Shown here one piece after another: positions 36,001 to 47,828 of a stretch of 64,000 nt of DNA. This DNA is from Squalus acanthias (taxonomy: Eukaryota): contig JASTWF010000033.1 of assembly GCA_030390025.1 (NCBI GenBank), positions 3,350,001 to 3,414,000 of the forward strand, read 5' to 3'. The notes beneath the pieces were generated by a model. It was not told the origin of the DNA and did not search any database. It saw only the letters and a list, made by a program, of their open reading frames with translations. Both the position numbers and the translations under genes were made by a program. The first letter of the stretch is position 1; each line of letters begins with the position of its first letter.

Positions 36001-37392
36001 ACTGCTGTGCCCTTACGGCACGCATCTCTAATTTCCCATTTAATGCCATCCCCAACCTCAGCATTATTGTTTGGGGGTCTGTATACAACTCCCACTAACG
36101 TTTTCTGCCCCTTGGTATTTCTCAGGTCTACCCATACAGATTCCACATCAACATAGCTAATATCCTTTCTAACTATTGTGTTAATCTCTTCTTTAACCAG
36201 CAATGCTTCCCCACCTCCTTTTCCTTTTTGTCTGTACTTCCTGAATATTGAATAACCCTGGATGTTGAATTCCCAGCATTGGTCACCCTGGAGCGATGTC
36301 TTTGTTACCCCAATTATATCATATCCGTTTTCATCTATTTGCGCATTTAATTCATCCACCTTATTACGAATGCACACGCATTAAGACACAAAGCCTTCAG
36401 GCTTGTTTTTTTTAACACTCTTAGTCGTTTTAGAATTATTATTTACTGTAACCCTGTTTGATTACACCCTTGATTTCTCTGCCTTCCACTTTTGCTTTTC
36501 TCCTTCCTGTTTTTTGCTTCTATCCTTGCTTCCCTTTCCTCTGTTCCCCTGCACAGTTTCTCAAACCCTTGCCTTTTTAGTTTAAACCCTCCCCAACAGC
36601 ACTAGCAAACACTCACCCTAGGACATCGGTCCCGGTACTGCCCGTGTGCAAACCATCCAGTTTGTACTGGTCCCACCTCCCCCAGAACCGGTTCCAATGT
36701 CCCAGGAATTGTAATCCCTCCCCCTTGCACCATTCCTCTAGCCACGTATTCATCTGAAATATCCTTCTATTTCTACTCTGACTAGCACGTGGCACCGGTA
36801 GCAATCCTGAGATTACTACCTTTGAGGTCCTATTTTTTAATTTACCTCCTAACTCCCTATATTCAGCTTTTAGGACCTCATCCCGTTTTTTACCTATATC
36901 GTTGTTTCCTGGGATTCCTGGGATGAGAGGGCTCTCCTATGATGAGATATTATGTCGAATGGGGCTATCCTCTCTGGAGTTTAGAAGAATGAGAGGTGAT
37001 CTCATTAAGATATATAAGATTCTGAAGGGGATTGAGACGTTAGATGCTGAGCGGTGGTTTCGCCTGGCTAGAGTGCCTAGATCTAGGGGGCAGAGTCTCA
37101 GGAGAAGGGGTCGGCCATTTAAGGCTGAGATGAGGAGAAATTTCTTCACTGAGAGCGTTGTGAATCTTTGGAATTCTCTGCCCCAGAGGGCTGTGAATGC
37201 TGAGTCTTTTGGTATATTCAAGGCTGAGATCAATATAATTTTGGAGTCTAGGTAATCGAGGGATATGGGGATCGGGCGGGAAAGTGGAGTTGAGGTCGAT
37301 GATCAGCCATAATCTTATTGAATGGTGGAGCAGGCTCGAGGGGCCGCATGCCCTACTCCTGCTCTTATCTCTTATGTTGTCTTGTTCTTATG
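33045..37392 (+). mobile_element. Middle CR1 (33045-~33500 plus ~36905-37392)
   Basis: ...[16 protein letters not shown] continues as PGMRGLSYDE after the inner insertion. Confidence 0.8.
33510..36904 (-). mobile_element. Inner CR1 (ORF1 esterase end, APE, RT, 3' UTR), degraded
   Basis: ORFs 36613-36804 (esterase DGLH), 35622-36377 (APE: GDFN, SDH), 34919-35149, 33620-33970. Confidence 0.92.
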
Positions 37393-37953
37393 AAAAACCA
37401 CTGTACAACTTCCACCAGTCCAAAAATCAACCGTTCACCTCTGCTCTCTGTTTCTTATCACTTAGACCAATTCCGTACCCATGCTGCCACTGTCCCTGTT
37501 ATTCCACGGGCTTCAACTTTGCTGGCAAGGTTATTATGTGGCACTTTGTCGAACGCCTTTTGGAAATCCATATATACTGCGTCAACTGCATTGCCCTCAT
37601 CAACCCTCTGTGTTACCTCATCAAAGATCTCAATCAAGTTAGTTAAACAGGATATCCTTGAACAAATCCGTGCTGGCTTTCCTTAATTAATCCACACATG
37701 TCCAAATGACTGTTAATTTTGTCGCGGATTACTGTTTCTATAATCTTCCCCAGCACCGACGTCAAACTGACGAGCCTGCAGGTTGATTTTGAACGAATAC
37801 CTGTATTTGTGTCTTGTCATATTAAATAAATGAGGGCATCAAGCGCTTCTCTCCCTGACACTGGGGAAACAGTGATACTGACTTTAGAGCAAGGGTCTGT
37901 TTATTGCGAAAAAGCAAAGAAACTATTAATCCTGGGTTTATCCAAAAGTCTTG

Positions 37954-38025
37954 TGACCCCGACGTGATTTGAACACGCAGCCTTCTGATCTGGAGTCAGA
38001 CGCGCTATCGTTGCACAACAAGCTC
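37954..38025 (-). pseudogene. tRNA-Trp(CCA) pseudogene
   Basis: 3' two-thirds canonical; 5' acceptor/D region mutated (GAGCTTGTTGTGCAACGATAG). Confidence 0.88.
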
Positions 38026-38351
38026 CACATTTCTAACATGGATGTTTGAATATATGAAGATACTCAAACACTGTTTCATTTATCCTGCCTCAGATTAATA
38101 AACGGGTTTTAAAATCCCCGCCCACTCGAGTCCACCGGGTGTCAGAAAGCATCAGAACCAGCGCTCACCTGTCAGTCACCGTCTCACGCCCGCTTTCACC
38201 ACCTGCTGCCGGCGGACTGCAGCAAATCCAATTACACGCACTGAGCCCCCACAATCATCACATCACAGGGAAATTGCTGTCCTGAGCAACAGAAAATGTA
38301 ACAGGACTTTGTTACATTGAACCACAAATGCGAATTCTCCATTTTTCAAAA

Positions 38352-38424
38352 TGTTTCCGCCCCGTTTCGAACGGGGGACTTTTCGCGTGTTCGGCACACG
38401 TGATAACCACGACACTACGGAAAC
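38352..38424 (-). pseudogene. tRNA-Val(AAC) pseudogene
   Basis: GTTTCCGTAGTGTCGTGGTTATCACGTGTGCCGAACACGCGAAAAGTCCCCCGTTCGAAACGGGGCGGAAACA. Confidence 0.85.
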
Positions 38425-38629
38425 GTTGCGCTGAAAGGACGCCTTCTGCGTCGGATCTATGATTCTGTAAAAAAGTTAATAACGTTTGACTGTCACCCGG
38501 CAAACATGTCAGCATTTCCTTCAGTGTGCAACAAAAATGTTTGTGGGTTGATTAAAACAATTATTAAGTGTCTCACAGACTTCAATTGTCTTTGTCAGTA
38601 CTGTTTTCCCTAACTGGGAATCAAACCTG

Positions 38630-39212
38630 ATTGATTCCTATGATGATGGGGTTGTCCTAGGAGGAGAGATTGAGTAGATTGGGCCGATATTCTCTGGAAT
38701 TCAGAAGAACGAGAGGTGTTCTCATTGAAAGGAACAATTTTCTTGGAGGGCTTGAAAGGGTAGATGCTGAGAAGGTGTTTCCCCTGGGTGTAGAGTCTAG
38801 AACTAGGGTCAGAGTCTCAGGATAAGGGGCCGGCCATTTGAACTGAGATGAGGAGACATTTCTTCACTCAGAGGGTTTTGAATTTTTGGAGTTTTCAACC
38901 TCAGAGGACAGTCATTGAGTATATTCAGGGATTTGGGTTTCCTTTTACAGGAAACACTGAAGTTAACGTGTATGTACACCAAGCAGTTAGGAAGGCGTTT
39001 GGCATGTTCGCCTTTATTGCAAGGGGTTTGGAGTACAAGAGTAAAGAAGTCTTCCTGCAATTGTTTGGGGCCTTTAGACTTTAAGAGAATCAAGGGATAT
39101 GGGGATTGGGCGGGAACGTGCAGTTGAGGTGGAAGGTCAGCTATGATCTTATTGAATGGCGGAGCAGGCTCGAAGGGCCGAATGTGCTACTCCTGCTCCT
39201 ACTTCTTATGTT
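38630..39212 (+). mobile_element. CR1 fragments including 3' end
   Basis: EMRRHFFTQRVLNFW; 3' UTR ending TTCTTATGTTCTT. Confidence 0.8.
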
Positions 39213-39214
39213 CT

Positions 39215-40088
39215 TATCTCCTCTGGAGATCTTCCCCCCATGTCTGCCAATCTCATAATTCCCCAACCCCGCACAGCCCGCTTCTACGTCCTTCCCAAGA
39301 TCCACAAAGACGACTGCCCTGGTAGACCCATCGTTTCAGCCTGTTCTTGCCCCACAGAACCTATCTCTTACTATCTCGACTATATTTCTTCTCCCCTTGT
39401 CCAGTCTGTTCCCACCTACATCCGCGACTCTTCCTACGCCCTCCGCCACTTTAACACCAGTTTCCAGTTTCCTGGCCCCAACCGCCTCCTTTTCACTATG
39501 GACGTACAATCCCTCTACACCTCCATCTGCCACCAGGATGGCAAGAGGGCGCTCCAATTCTTCCTTGAACAGTGGCCCAACCAGTCCCCAGCCACCACCA
39601 CCCTCCTCCACCTGGCTGAACTTCTTCTCACATTGAACAATTTCTCCTTTGACTACACTCACTTCCTCCAAATCAAAGGTGTTGCTATGGGAACCCGCAT
39701 GGGACCTAGCTGTGCCTGCCTTTTCGTGGGATATGTGGAACACTCTTTGTTCCCTGCGACTCAGGTCCCCTCCTTCACCTATTTTTCCGGTACATTGATG
39801 ACTGTATTGGTGCCGTTTCCTGATCTTGCCTTGAACTAGTTAATTTCATTCAATTTGCTTCCTATTTCCACCCTCCCCTCACCTTCAGATGGTCCATCTC
39901 CGACTCTTCCCTTCCCTTCCTCGACTTCTCCGTCACCATCTCTGGGGATAGGTTATTGACAGACATTCACTACAAGCCCACTGACTACCACAGCTACCTG
40001 GACTACACTTCCTCCCACCCCGGCTGCTGTAAGGACTCTATTCCAATCTCCCAGTTTCTCCGCCTCTGCTTCATCTGCTCTGACGATG
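39215..40088 (+). mobile_element. Penelope-like element reverse transcriptase fragment, cut by an LTR
   Basis: FYVLPKIHK..PGRPIVSACSCPT, DVQSLYTSI, GVAMGTRMGP, then RYIDD, LPFLD and YKPTD in shifted frames. Confidence 0.92.
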
Positions 40089-40746
40089 TGTAGACTTCGC
40101 AAAATCCCCCAGAAACTCGAACAGAACCCTAAGTGAAGTGATTTAAGGTAAAATCCTCAGTTTTGGACATTTTTATAGATTACAAGAAGAAAACCCTGAG
40201 GAAAATGACTTTTCGAATCTTACTATTGGGAAAGACACCTTTCACAGACACACAGGCTGCAGAGGGGCGTGGCCAGGCAGTGTATTAAGCTGTCTGGCAG
40301 TGTGTTTACACTGCCTTCCAATCAAGGAGGAAAAGACAAAACCCAAAACCCTCACAACACACCGAAATATGAATAATCCAATAGCTTTTTGAAATCAATA
40401 AAACATTAAGCAACCCGATTTACTTCATTAAGAACCAATCAACCAGGTATCCACAGGACAGAGTTAAAAGCCCGCCAATAGACCTAGGACAATAGGGATG
40501 AGATTTGTTGCGTATGTAATGCTTTGCCGAGATCGTAAAACGATCAGGACATGTTTAACCCTAAGTTAAAGCCATCAGAACTGGCAAGCCCTCCAAAACT
40601 AGACAATGGACTATACAGGGCTCATTTGAAACCAAAAGGAAACCGTTTTAGTAAGGGGTTTTGGGCGCGAAAAAGACAATATAATTGGAGCCTGTCCCAA
40701 GACTCTCTCTCTCTTGGACTCGCTGACAACGCTGGAACAGATCTCT

Positions 40747-40778
<32 letters not shown>

Positions 40779-41287
40779 GGCCTGCTCCAGCAAAAGACAC
40801 AACAAGCCACGAGGAGGAGGAAAGGAACGCCTACAACTCCACAAACAGACGCAAGAGAAAACAGAGCGACTGCCTCAGTGACCATCGGACACCTCGCAGC
40901 AACAAGGGCCTTACAAAATCTTTTAATCAAAAGATTCTAAAATCCCTGTCAAGCATTCGTTGGTGAGCATTATTCCTGATCTCCTGAAACTAAAAACCTA
41001 GCCAGATAGTGGGATATTTGTGAGGGATAAGGTCTGTGTTGAATATTCTCATCTCCCTCGCTTGTACCGTGTGTTCCCCAACCTGTGTTTTAGTATTAAG
41101 TGTGTTTTAAGTTTGTTACCTTTTTATTTTAATAAAGTCGAAATTCTTACATTAGAACCTGTTGTCTACTGCAATTTTGTTCACAACCCCTAAATAAGTC
41201 CAAAGTCTAGGAACCAGGGGCGTGGGAGCGATTCGAAACACTCACACAGTCAGAAGGCGAAGGCTGACCCCACTACCACTCCCTACA
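40089..41287 (+). repeat. 5' LTR (~1.2 kb)
   Basis: TGTAG...CTACA inverted termini; AATAAA at 41131; followed by a TGG-starting PBS-like motif; homologous to 47829-49024. Confidence 0.9.
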
Positions 41288-41289
41288 TA

Positions 41290-43090
41290 ATGGCGACTGA
41301 GGCAGGCTTTTGGCGAAAGGGTTGTGAAGCAGTAAATGCTGGTTTTGAGGAGAGAACAAAAATGGAAGAGAGGATGTCATCCGATGTATAAAAAAAGGTC
41401 AATATCACCAAGAAATGGGTCCTCAGGCTGTTGCATGCTGAACGTACTATGGACACTGCAGCTGCATGGACTGAGAGCAAGGAATACAATAAGTCTGTGG
41501 AGAAAGCCATATGGTTGGTCTGCTCCCAGAAACATATGCAGCTTATGGGGAAGCGCATTCAGGCTCTCACAGAAGAGCTAAAGGAAGAAAGCCAACTGTC
41601 CCGTGCCAGAGCTATAGCAGGGGGGAAGTTGTTAGCAGAGCTAGACACAAAAGATCATGATCAGTCACAGATGCTGGAGGATCACCGTGCCAGTAAGGGA
41701 TACCTCCATTGTCAGGCCACCGAGGCCAAAAGTAGTGAACTGGCATTGCGGGAAGAGAACACCCGCCTTGCCAAGCAATTAAGGGACTCACAGAGAAGTT
41801 AAACGATGTTCAGGCAGCTTGCAGAGAAGCCAATACAAGGGAGTTTGAGGTAGGGGTCCACGGTCCCTGTCAGAAGCAGATTGAGAGTCTGAAACTTGCT
41901 CTGTCCAAGACAAAAGGCATGCTGTGCCTGATAAGCCCGGGTGCGGCCCAGGTACGCCTGGAAGAGCAAGGGGAGACTGTTCAAACACCACCTGTGGCGC
42001 CAAGGAGAAGCTTGGTTAGGCAGCAGGAGGGGCAGACAATCTTTGAGGCTTATAGGGAGTGCAAACCAGCATCTGTGGCGCCGAGTTTTGACTCGGTCTG
42101 GCAGCAGGGAGAGGGGGGCGAACCGATGCAGGAGAAGTCGGAGCCAGGGCCAATGTGCCCAGCACGACAGCAAAAGTTGGGCCCGCCCGCCGGTAGTGGA
42201 GGTCAGGGTCCCCTTGAAAGTCAATTCTTGGCTCCCCACGGTACACAACAGCTTAGGGCTATGGTAAGACACCTGAGTAAACTTATCCAAAAGGAAAACC
42301 CCTCAGTCCACTTCATGGAGTTGGAGCAGACAGCAGGCATCAACGACTGTGATGATGCCGAGCTGGCAAAAATGCTCCTGTTCTCATTAGATTGCAAACT
42401 ATACCAGTCCCTCTCCACTGAGAGCAAGAGAGGACAGAATGGGTATGCCGCCGTCAGAGAGGAGGTTTTAGAGGCCATGGGAAAGAATGAGGGAAGTCCT
42501 TTCTCCCGGGTGGAGAAAACAGTGCAGCTCGCAGGGGAGACCCCATACGCTTTCGCAGACAGACTGTGGCCGGTGTACAAGGGTACTTGTAATGGGGCTC
42601 TCGAAAGGGCTAACCTGAACAGGGACGAGCTGGCCCACTGGCTATAGCCTAGTGGCAAACAGCTTGCCACGAATAAAAACCAAGGCTGAGCTTTTGTTTG
42701 ACCCGAAAGAACCCCGGGTCACCGTGGAGGCAGTGACCATGCAACTGACCCTAGCCTACCGGAACGGTAGGGGAGCTGAAGACACCCCACCGAAAGGGAA
42801 GGTGCATGCGATAAAGCCCAGTCAGGAAAAGAATGAGCGGCACCAGTAAGGTGGTAAACCCTCCAACACGAAGCGTAGCTGCTTCGGGTGCGGGAAGACT
42901 GGGCACTGGAGAAAGGACTGCAGGAATCCCTGGAAGGATAGCCTAGCAAAGAAGTCCCCAACTCCTGCCCCAAAAGTAGAGGCACCGACCTCTTCCCCCA
43001 CACAGGACAAAATAGTAGCGGCCATCAGAGTCCTGTTTGATTGCCCAGGGAAGGTAGCTACAGCCACTGGCGTTCCAATCACCAAGCCGA
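41290..43090 (+). pseudogene. gag-like gene (coiled coil, capsid-like region, CCHC), interrupted
   Basis: ORF pieces 41290-, 41431-41802, 41919-42647, 42652-42849; QLAGETPYAFADRL capsid-like motif; CFGCGKTGHWRKDC at 42880-42921. Confidence 0.8.
41291..41306 (+). promoter_or_regulatory. Primer-binding site candidate
   Basis: TGGCGACTGAGGCAGG 3 nt after the LTR; partially complementary to a tRNA ending GTCGCCA (Ser-GCT/Arg-like); primer identity uncertain. Confidence 0.6.
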
Positions 43091-43202
43091 CATGTTGGCC
43101 AAAGAGGGCGCCAGTACAGGCACGTTTTGGGATCCATATGGATCAAACCCGGTAGCAGCAATCTGAGGCAGAGGAGGGACCCAAGGGAGAGCAGGAGTAG
43201 CA

Positions 43203-44420
43203 TTGACCCCGGACCTAAAGACGGTCCAGGCACAGGATCCCATCCTAAAAACTGTCCTGGAAACGCTGGCTAGTGTGGAGAAGGTAGAGGGCCCATACGG
43301 TGCAGCAGCCATCAACCACAAAGAAGGCATGCTGTTCAGGAGGGAACAATGGGTAGTGCCGCAGCAGCACCGAAGGGATTTCCTCCAACTGGCCCTTGAG
43401 GGTCCAGGAGGGGGGCATCCCGGGCCAGAGAGCACCTGGCGGCGGGTGGAACAGGCAGGATGGTGGCCAGGAGTGAGGGAGGATTTCTGCGCGTTCTGTG
43501 CAGGCTGTCTGGTGTGTGCTGCTAACAACCCTGACCCCAAAAAAGGAAGGTATCTATGGGACACATCAGGAGGGTAGAGGGACCATGGCAGTCGATGCAG
43601 GTCGACTACATCGGTCCCCTACCCACCGCTCAGGGAGGCTACAAATACTGCCTAGTCTTGGTGGATGTCTTCTCAAAGTGGGTGGAAGCTTTTCCATGTC
43701 GAACAGCTACCGCTTTGGGTACAGCCAGGATCCTGGTCTGGGAAGTGTTCTCACGATGGGGGCTCCCACAGTATGTGGAGTCAGACCAGGGGAGTCACCT
43801 TACTGGGCAGGTTTTGCAAGAGACCCTCAGGGTACTCGGCATAGAAGGGAAATGGCACGTCGCCCACAACCAGGGATTGTGGAGCGTTTAAACCGTGCCA
43901 TGAAAGAAAGGCTGTGAAAGGAGATGGGAGACTCACCCAAAAAGTGGGTAGAAGCGTTACCGTTGGTCCTAATGGGGATCCGGGCCAGCCACTCAAAAAG
44001 CACGGGCTATTCCCCATACCAGCTCATGACTGGCAGGATTATGCGGACCCCACCCATGTGCTAGCCCCGGTGCTCACGGAAGGGCAGCTCAGGAAGGTGA
44101 ACCGGGACGGATTCGTCAGGAATCTGTTGGACCACCTTAAATAGGGCTACTGGCAGGCTGCGAGTAACAGGGGAAAACAGCATCGGGGTAACCGATTGCT
44201 GCTGGAACCAAACAAGCACCACGAGTGTGAGGTTGGAGATCAGGTCATGGTGAGAAATTTTGCCCGGGTAGGGAGTTTCGAACCATTGTACATGGGGCCC
44301 TACAACATTGTAGACAAGGCAAGCCCCATGGTCTATGCCATAAAGATGCCCCGCCGTACAAAGTGGTTTCACATCAACCAATGCAAACTGTTTAATCCTA
44401 AACGGGAACAGCCGGCAAAG
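43203..44420 (+). pseudogene. Integrase (zinc-binding, DDE core, GPY/F), frameshifted
   Basis: GHPG..WWPGV..CAGCLVC; PWQSMQVDYIGPLP..VDVFSKWVEAFP..SDQGSH; VERLNR; GDQVMVRN..YMGPY. Confidence 0.93.
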
Positions 44421-45203
44421 GTGGACTGCCCCCAAGTTAGAAATCCTCAGCGAGCCGCAGCTGTGGCAGACGCACACATGCAGCGGGAGGGACAGTGTGT
44501 TGTTCCACAGGAGATGTCACTCCACCGATTATGTGGGACTCAAACACACCCCCAGTGGCCAGAGCCCTAAGAAGGTCTCCCCGCACACCACAGCAAAGGT
44601 TACTGTGGCCACAGGTGTATCTTTTTAGAGGGTCCCAACCAAAGAGGGTTGCAACCCGAAGAAGAGCGCCCAAGAGCAGGGAACGTTATAAAGTTGGGGA
44701 TTCCCATCCTACAGCCTCCGACCGTGAGGGTTTCACAGGAGAGGTAGTACTGGGAGAAGAGAGAGATAAGTGTCCCCAGCCTGCAGCCTCAGGCTGGGAG
44801 GAGCCCACAGATATGAACGAGGGCGCTGCAGCCACACCAAAGGGGGTAGTGTGCTGCAGCACAGGACGCAGCTGGGATGTTAAGATACCCCCAGCGGTTT
44901 TGAGGAAGGCCTTCTGGGTCCGGCGGTACAGGCCGCACTGCTCCCCAGATGTACAAGCCATCCAGAGGCCACATAAGGCAGAGACTAAACAGGATTTAAT
45001 CTGCCCGTCCGGAGACGTGCGGCAAATGTGCAGATTGTTTTCGGTTTTAAGTAATTGCAGTTTTGGTGGTTATGGGTTATCATTAGTTTAGTTGTTTGTA
45101 GAGTTTTTTTTAAGTTTAAGGGCTTGATTAATTATCCAGCCAGAGAACCTTTCTGGGACATGGATATATGTTTTGTGTGTGCCCCGACAGAAAGTACTTC
45201 GGA

Positions 45204-47560
45204 ATGACAAGGTTTCTGCTCCTGCTCGCCCTGGTAGGGGTGAGCATCGGTGACCGAGGTGACGTGGAGGACTCCCACATCTATGGGTGCTCAGGAGTGA
45301 GAGCACCAGTCGTCACCGCAGGGGGTGGCGAGCGGGGAGTGGAGGAGCTCGACATCTACTTCCACGAGGGAAGATGGCCAGGGTGGCTGGGGTCCCACTC
45401 TACTAAATACCTCAACCAGCCCGGGTTCACGTACGGGGAGGCCTCCCTCCCATGCCCCAGAATGCAGGTCGTTGCCACAAGGGTCAGTGTCACCGAGGGG
45501 AAGCGTTTGTGCCTTACCTGTAAGGGACGAAATCCCCTGAATAGGTGGTGGTGGCTCAGGAGGCTGAGCAGGGAAGCAGGGGACCATACAGCCGAGTGGG
45601 AAAGATAAGGGAACGACACCCACCGGAAAATCACAGGAACCCAATGAGGAGTTAGTGTTTGTTGGAATAAGTTGTGGGAGTCGGAAGAGGGAGTCTATGT
45701 TTTATATGTGGGGATCTGAGGAAGCCTGCCCCACAGGGGTATCCATCATCTTCTCCAGCCAATGGCAAGATGCCGGGGAGGTGATAGGGTGGGATTCTAG
45801 CCTGCATGGGTGCGTGGTCCCACACATTCCGGTCCCAGTTAATGCCACTGAACTCGTGGCACACACCCGAAAGCCCCTACCCACGACCCAGGAAGAAAAG
45901 TGCCCTACCAACAGTAAGGGGCCAGGGAATGGGTTAGTGCTAGTACCAACCGAAAAGGTACTATACCAGTGGGTACACTATGCAGTAGCTTCAGTAATAT
46001 TAAACCTTACCGAGGTATACTTACCTGAGTGGTGTTCCAAGGAGACGAAGCAGCTGTACCAGGCCCTGCTAAAGGAAATATTTAGGACATTTTATGCATT
46101 TGATTTTGCCAATATTGACAAGGTAGAGCTATACAGAATACACCCTGAGAACCCTATGGGCACGGGTAGACAAAGAAGGGGAGCCTGGAATGATGTCTTC
46201 ACTGCCTATAGTACAGGGTCCTCTGTAATAAATAGCCTGGATGACATGGAATTACAGACACAGATAAATGGTTTAAAAACCCAGTTAAGAAAGATCCTGA
46301 ACGATGGGAACACAGTGGTTGGCTCAGAGCTACATGAGGACCAAGCTTTGACGGTTCATTTAAAGGAAATTATTGCAGAATTGGAAAGGCATGCCAAAAC
46401 AGTAAATGCACACATGCGGGAGGATATGAATGCACCGGATCAGGCTGCACAGAATGAGGTGTGTGTGCTGTACGGGGCATGGTTGCTGGGCGAGGGCAGT
46501 AGCAACCTGGAGGATTTAATGCAAGGTTTTGTCCCCTCCTGGATCAGCAACAAGCACCTCGAAGCCCTCCACCCGTTTAGTAATTCGCTAAGCCCATGCC
46601 AATTTCTTCTAGCCTCTGAAGCTTACCTTGTCCCAATAGATTGTGGGCGTTCAAATCACACTATCATGGGGATAGTAGTGAGAATGCCGGTCATGAGTGG
46701 GACAGCCCGACCCGTACCGGTATACAGGGTGGAGAACATTGGAGTCATTCAAGGGGGTGCACACATCCGTTTTACAGCGGTCCCACCTTATGTCATAAAG
46801 TAGGTGCACGCCATGACAGGGACTGACCTCTCCGGGTTGCGGAGCCGGGGTTTACACATAATACTGTGTCCCCAGCACTTGAACGCCTATTCGAAACCAC
46901 AGTGCGGGTTTAAAGCTGCTGACGCACGACCGATCAACTGTACCACGGAGGTGATGGCACACGGCCATGTTTCCCCACAGGTTGCATATATAGGGGGTTG
47001 GGCATATTGTGTCACCACAGGTGCGTCCCACTACCAGCATGGACACTTCTGGTGTCCGGTAAGTGACAGCAGTTTCTGCTTTAAACCCGAGGAAGAATTT
47101 CAAGTGGCCCAGGAACGGATTGTCCCCATTCCTGACCCCTCCACTGTTCACCTCACTGTAACAGAAAACATCACCAACCTGCAAAAGTATGTGACTTACT
47201 TTGGATGTAAAATTCCCCCTCTAAACGAACATCTTACCATCCTGCTTAAATCTGTAGAGATTTCACAAAAACATTTCTACACCCTGGAACAGAAAACAGT
47301 TGAAATAGGGGCAGAAATTTTGGATATAGTAGTTCCACCCTGGTGGTATATTTTCGAGAATATAGAGGTGCCTTCCTGGATCAGGATGGCTTCCCGCTCT
47401 TTTGGTGGTCTGCCAGCTCGGGATAGTTCTCTACCTGCTGTGTACAAAGTGCAGGGGAAGGGACGGGGAGCACTGCTCCAGACACGAAGGGACTTGGGAA
47501 GTGCTTCAAAATAAAGGCTATGGCCAGGAATGGAACGAACCTTGAATTTTGTCGTTTAAT
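45204..47560 (+). pseudogene. env-like class I fusion glycoprotein, several stops/frameshifts
   Basis: Signal peptide MTRFLLLLALVGVSIG; RQRR furin site at 46168-46179 followed by GAWNDVFTAYSTGSSVINS; heptad region; Cys-rich region; TM LVVCQLGIVLYLLC after a frameshift at ~47401. Confidence 0.8.
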
Positions 47561-47828
47561 AAAAAATGTTGTATATGTGTTGTGTCACTTTTATGATGTG
47601 TATGATGTGTTTTTTAAAAGCTGTGCAGGGGTGTCGGACCCTCTCCGTGCTTGGATGTGAAATAAAGATTGATTCTTACCTGTATGTACCTGAAACACCA
47701 CTTTCAAAAGAGGAATGAATGTTTGGGTTTTTAGTTTAGGTAATACAGGGGAAGGTTGGTTTTCGGGGACCGGAAATTTTGCTCACCTGTTAATGATACT
47801 AATTCAGTTATAGTATCAAAGTGGGGGA

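Larger units (their letters stand above)
32031..37774 (-). mobile_element. Outer CR1 (32031-~33040 plus ~37395-37774) of a nested stack
   Basis: RT peptides on the minus strand in both pieces are collinear; 10-bp direct repeat CCTGCAGGTT at 32021-32030 and 37775-37784. Confidence 0.85.

Noticed and set aside
40551..40940. ORFs shared by both LTRs (also 48434-48712)
   Set aside because: They span a (CT)n tract, differ by indels and have no motif; similarity follows from LTR homology.
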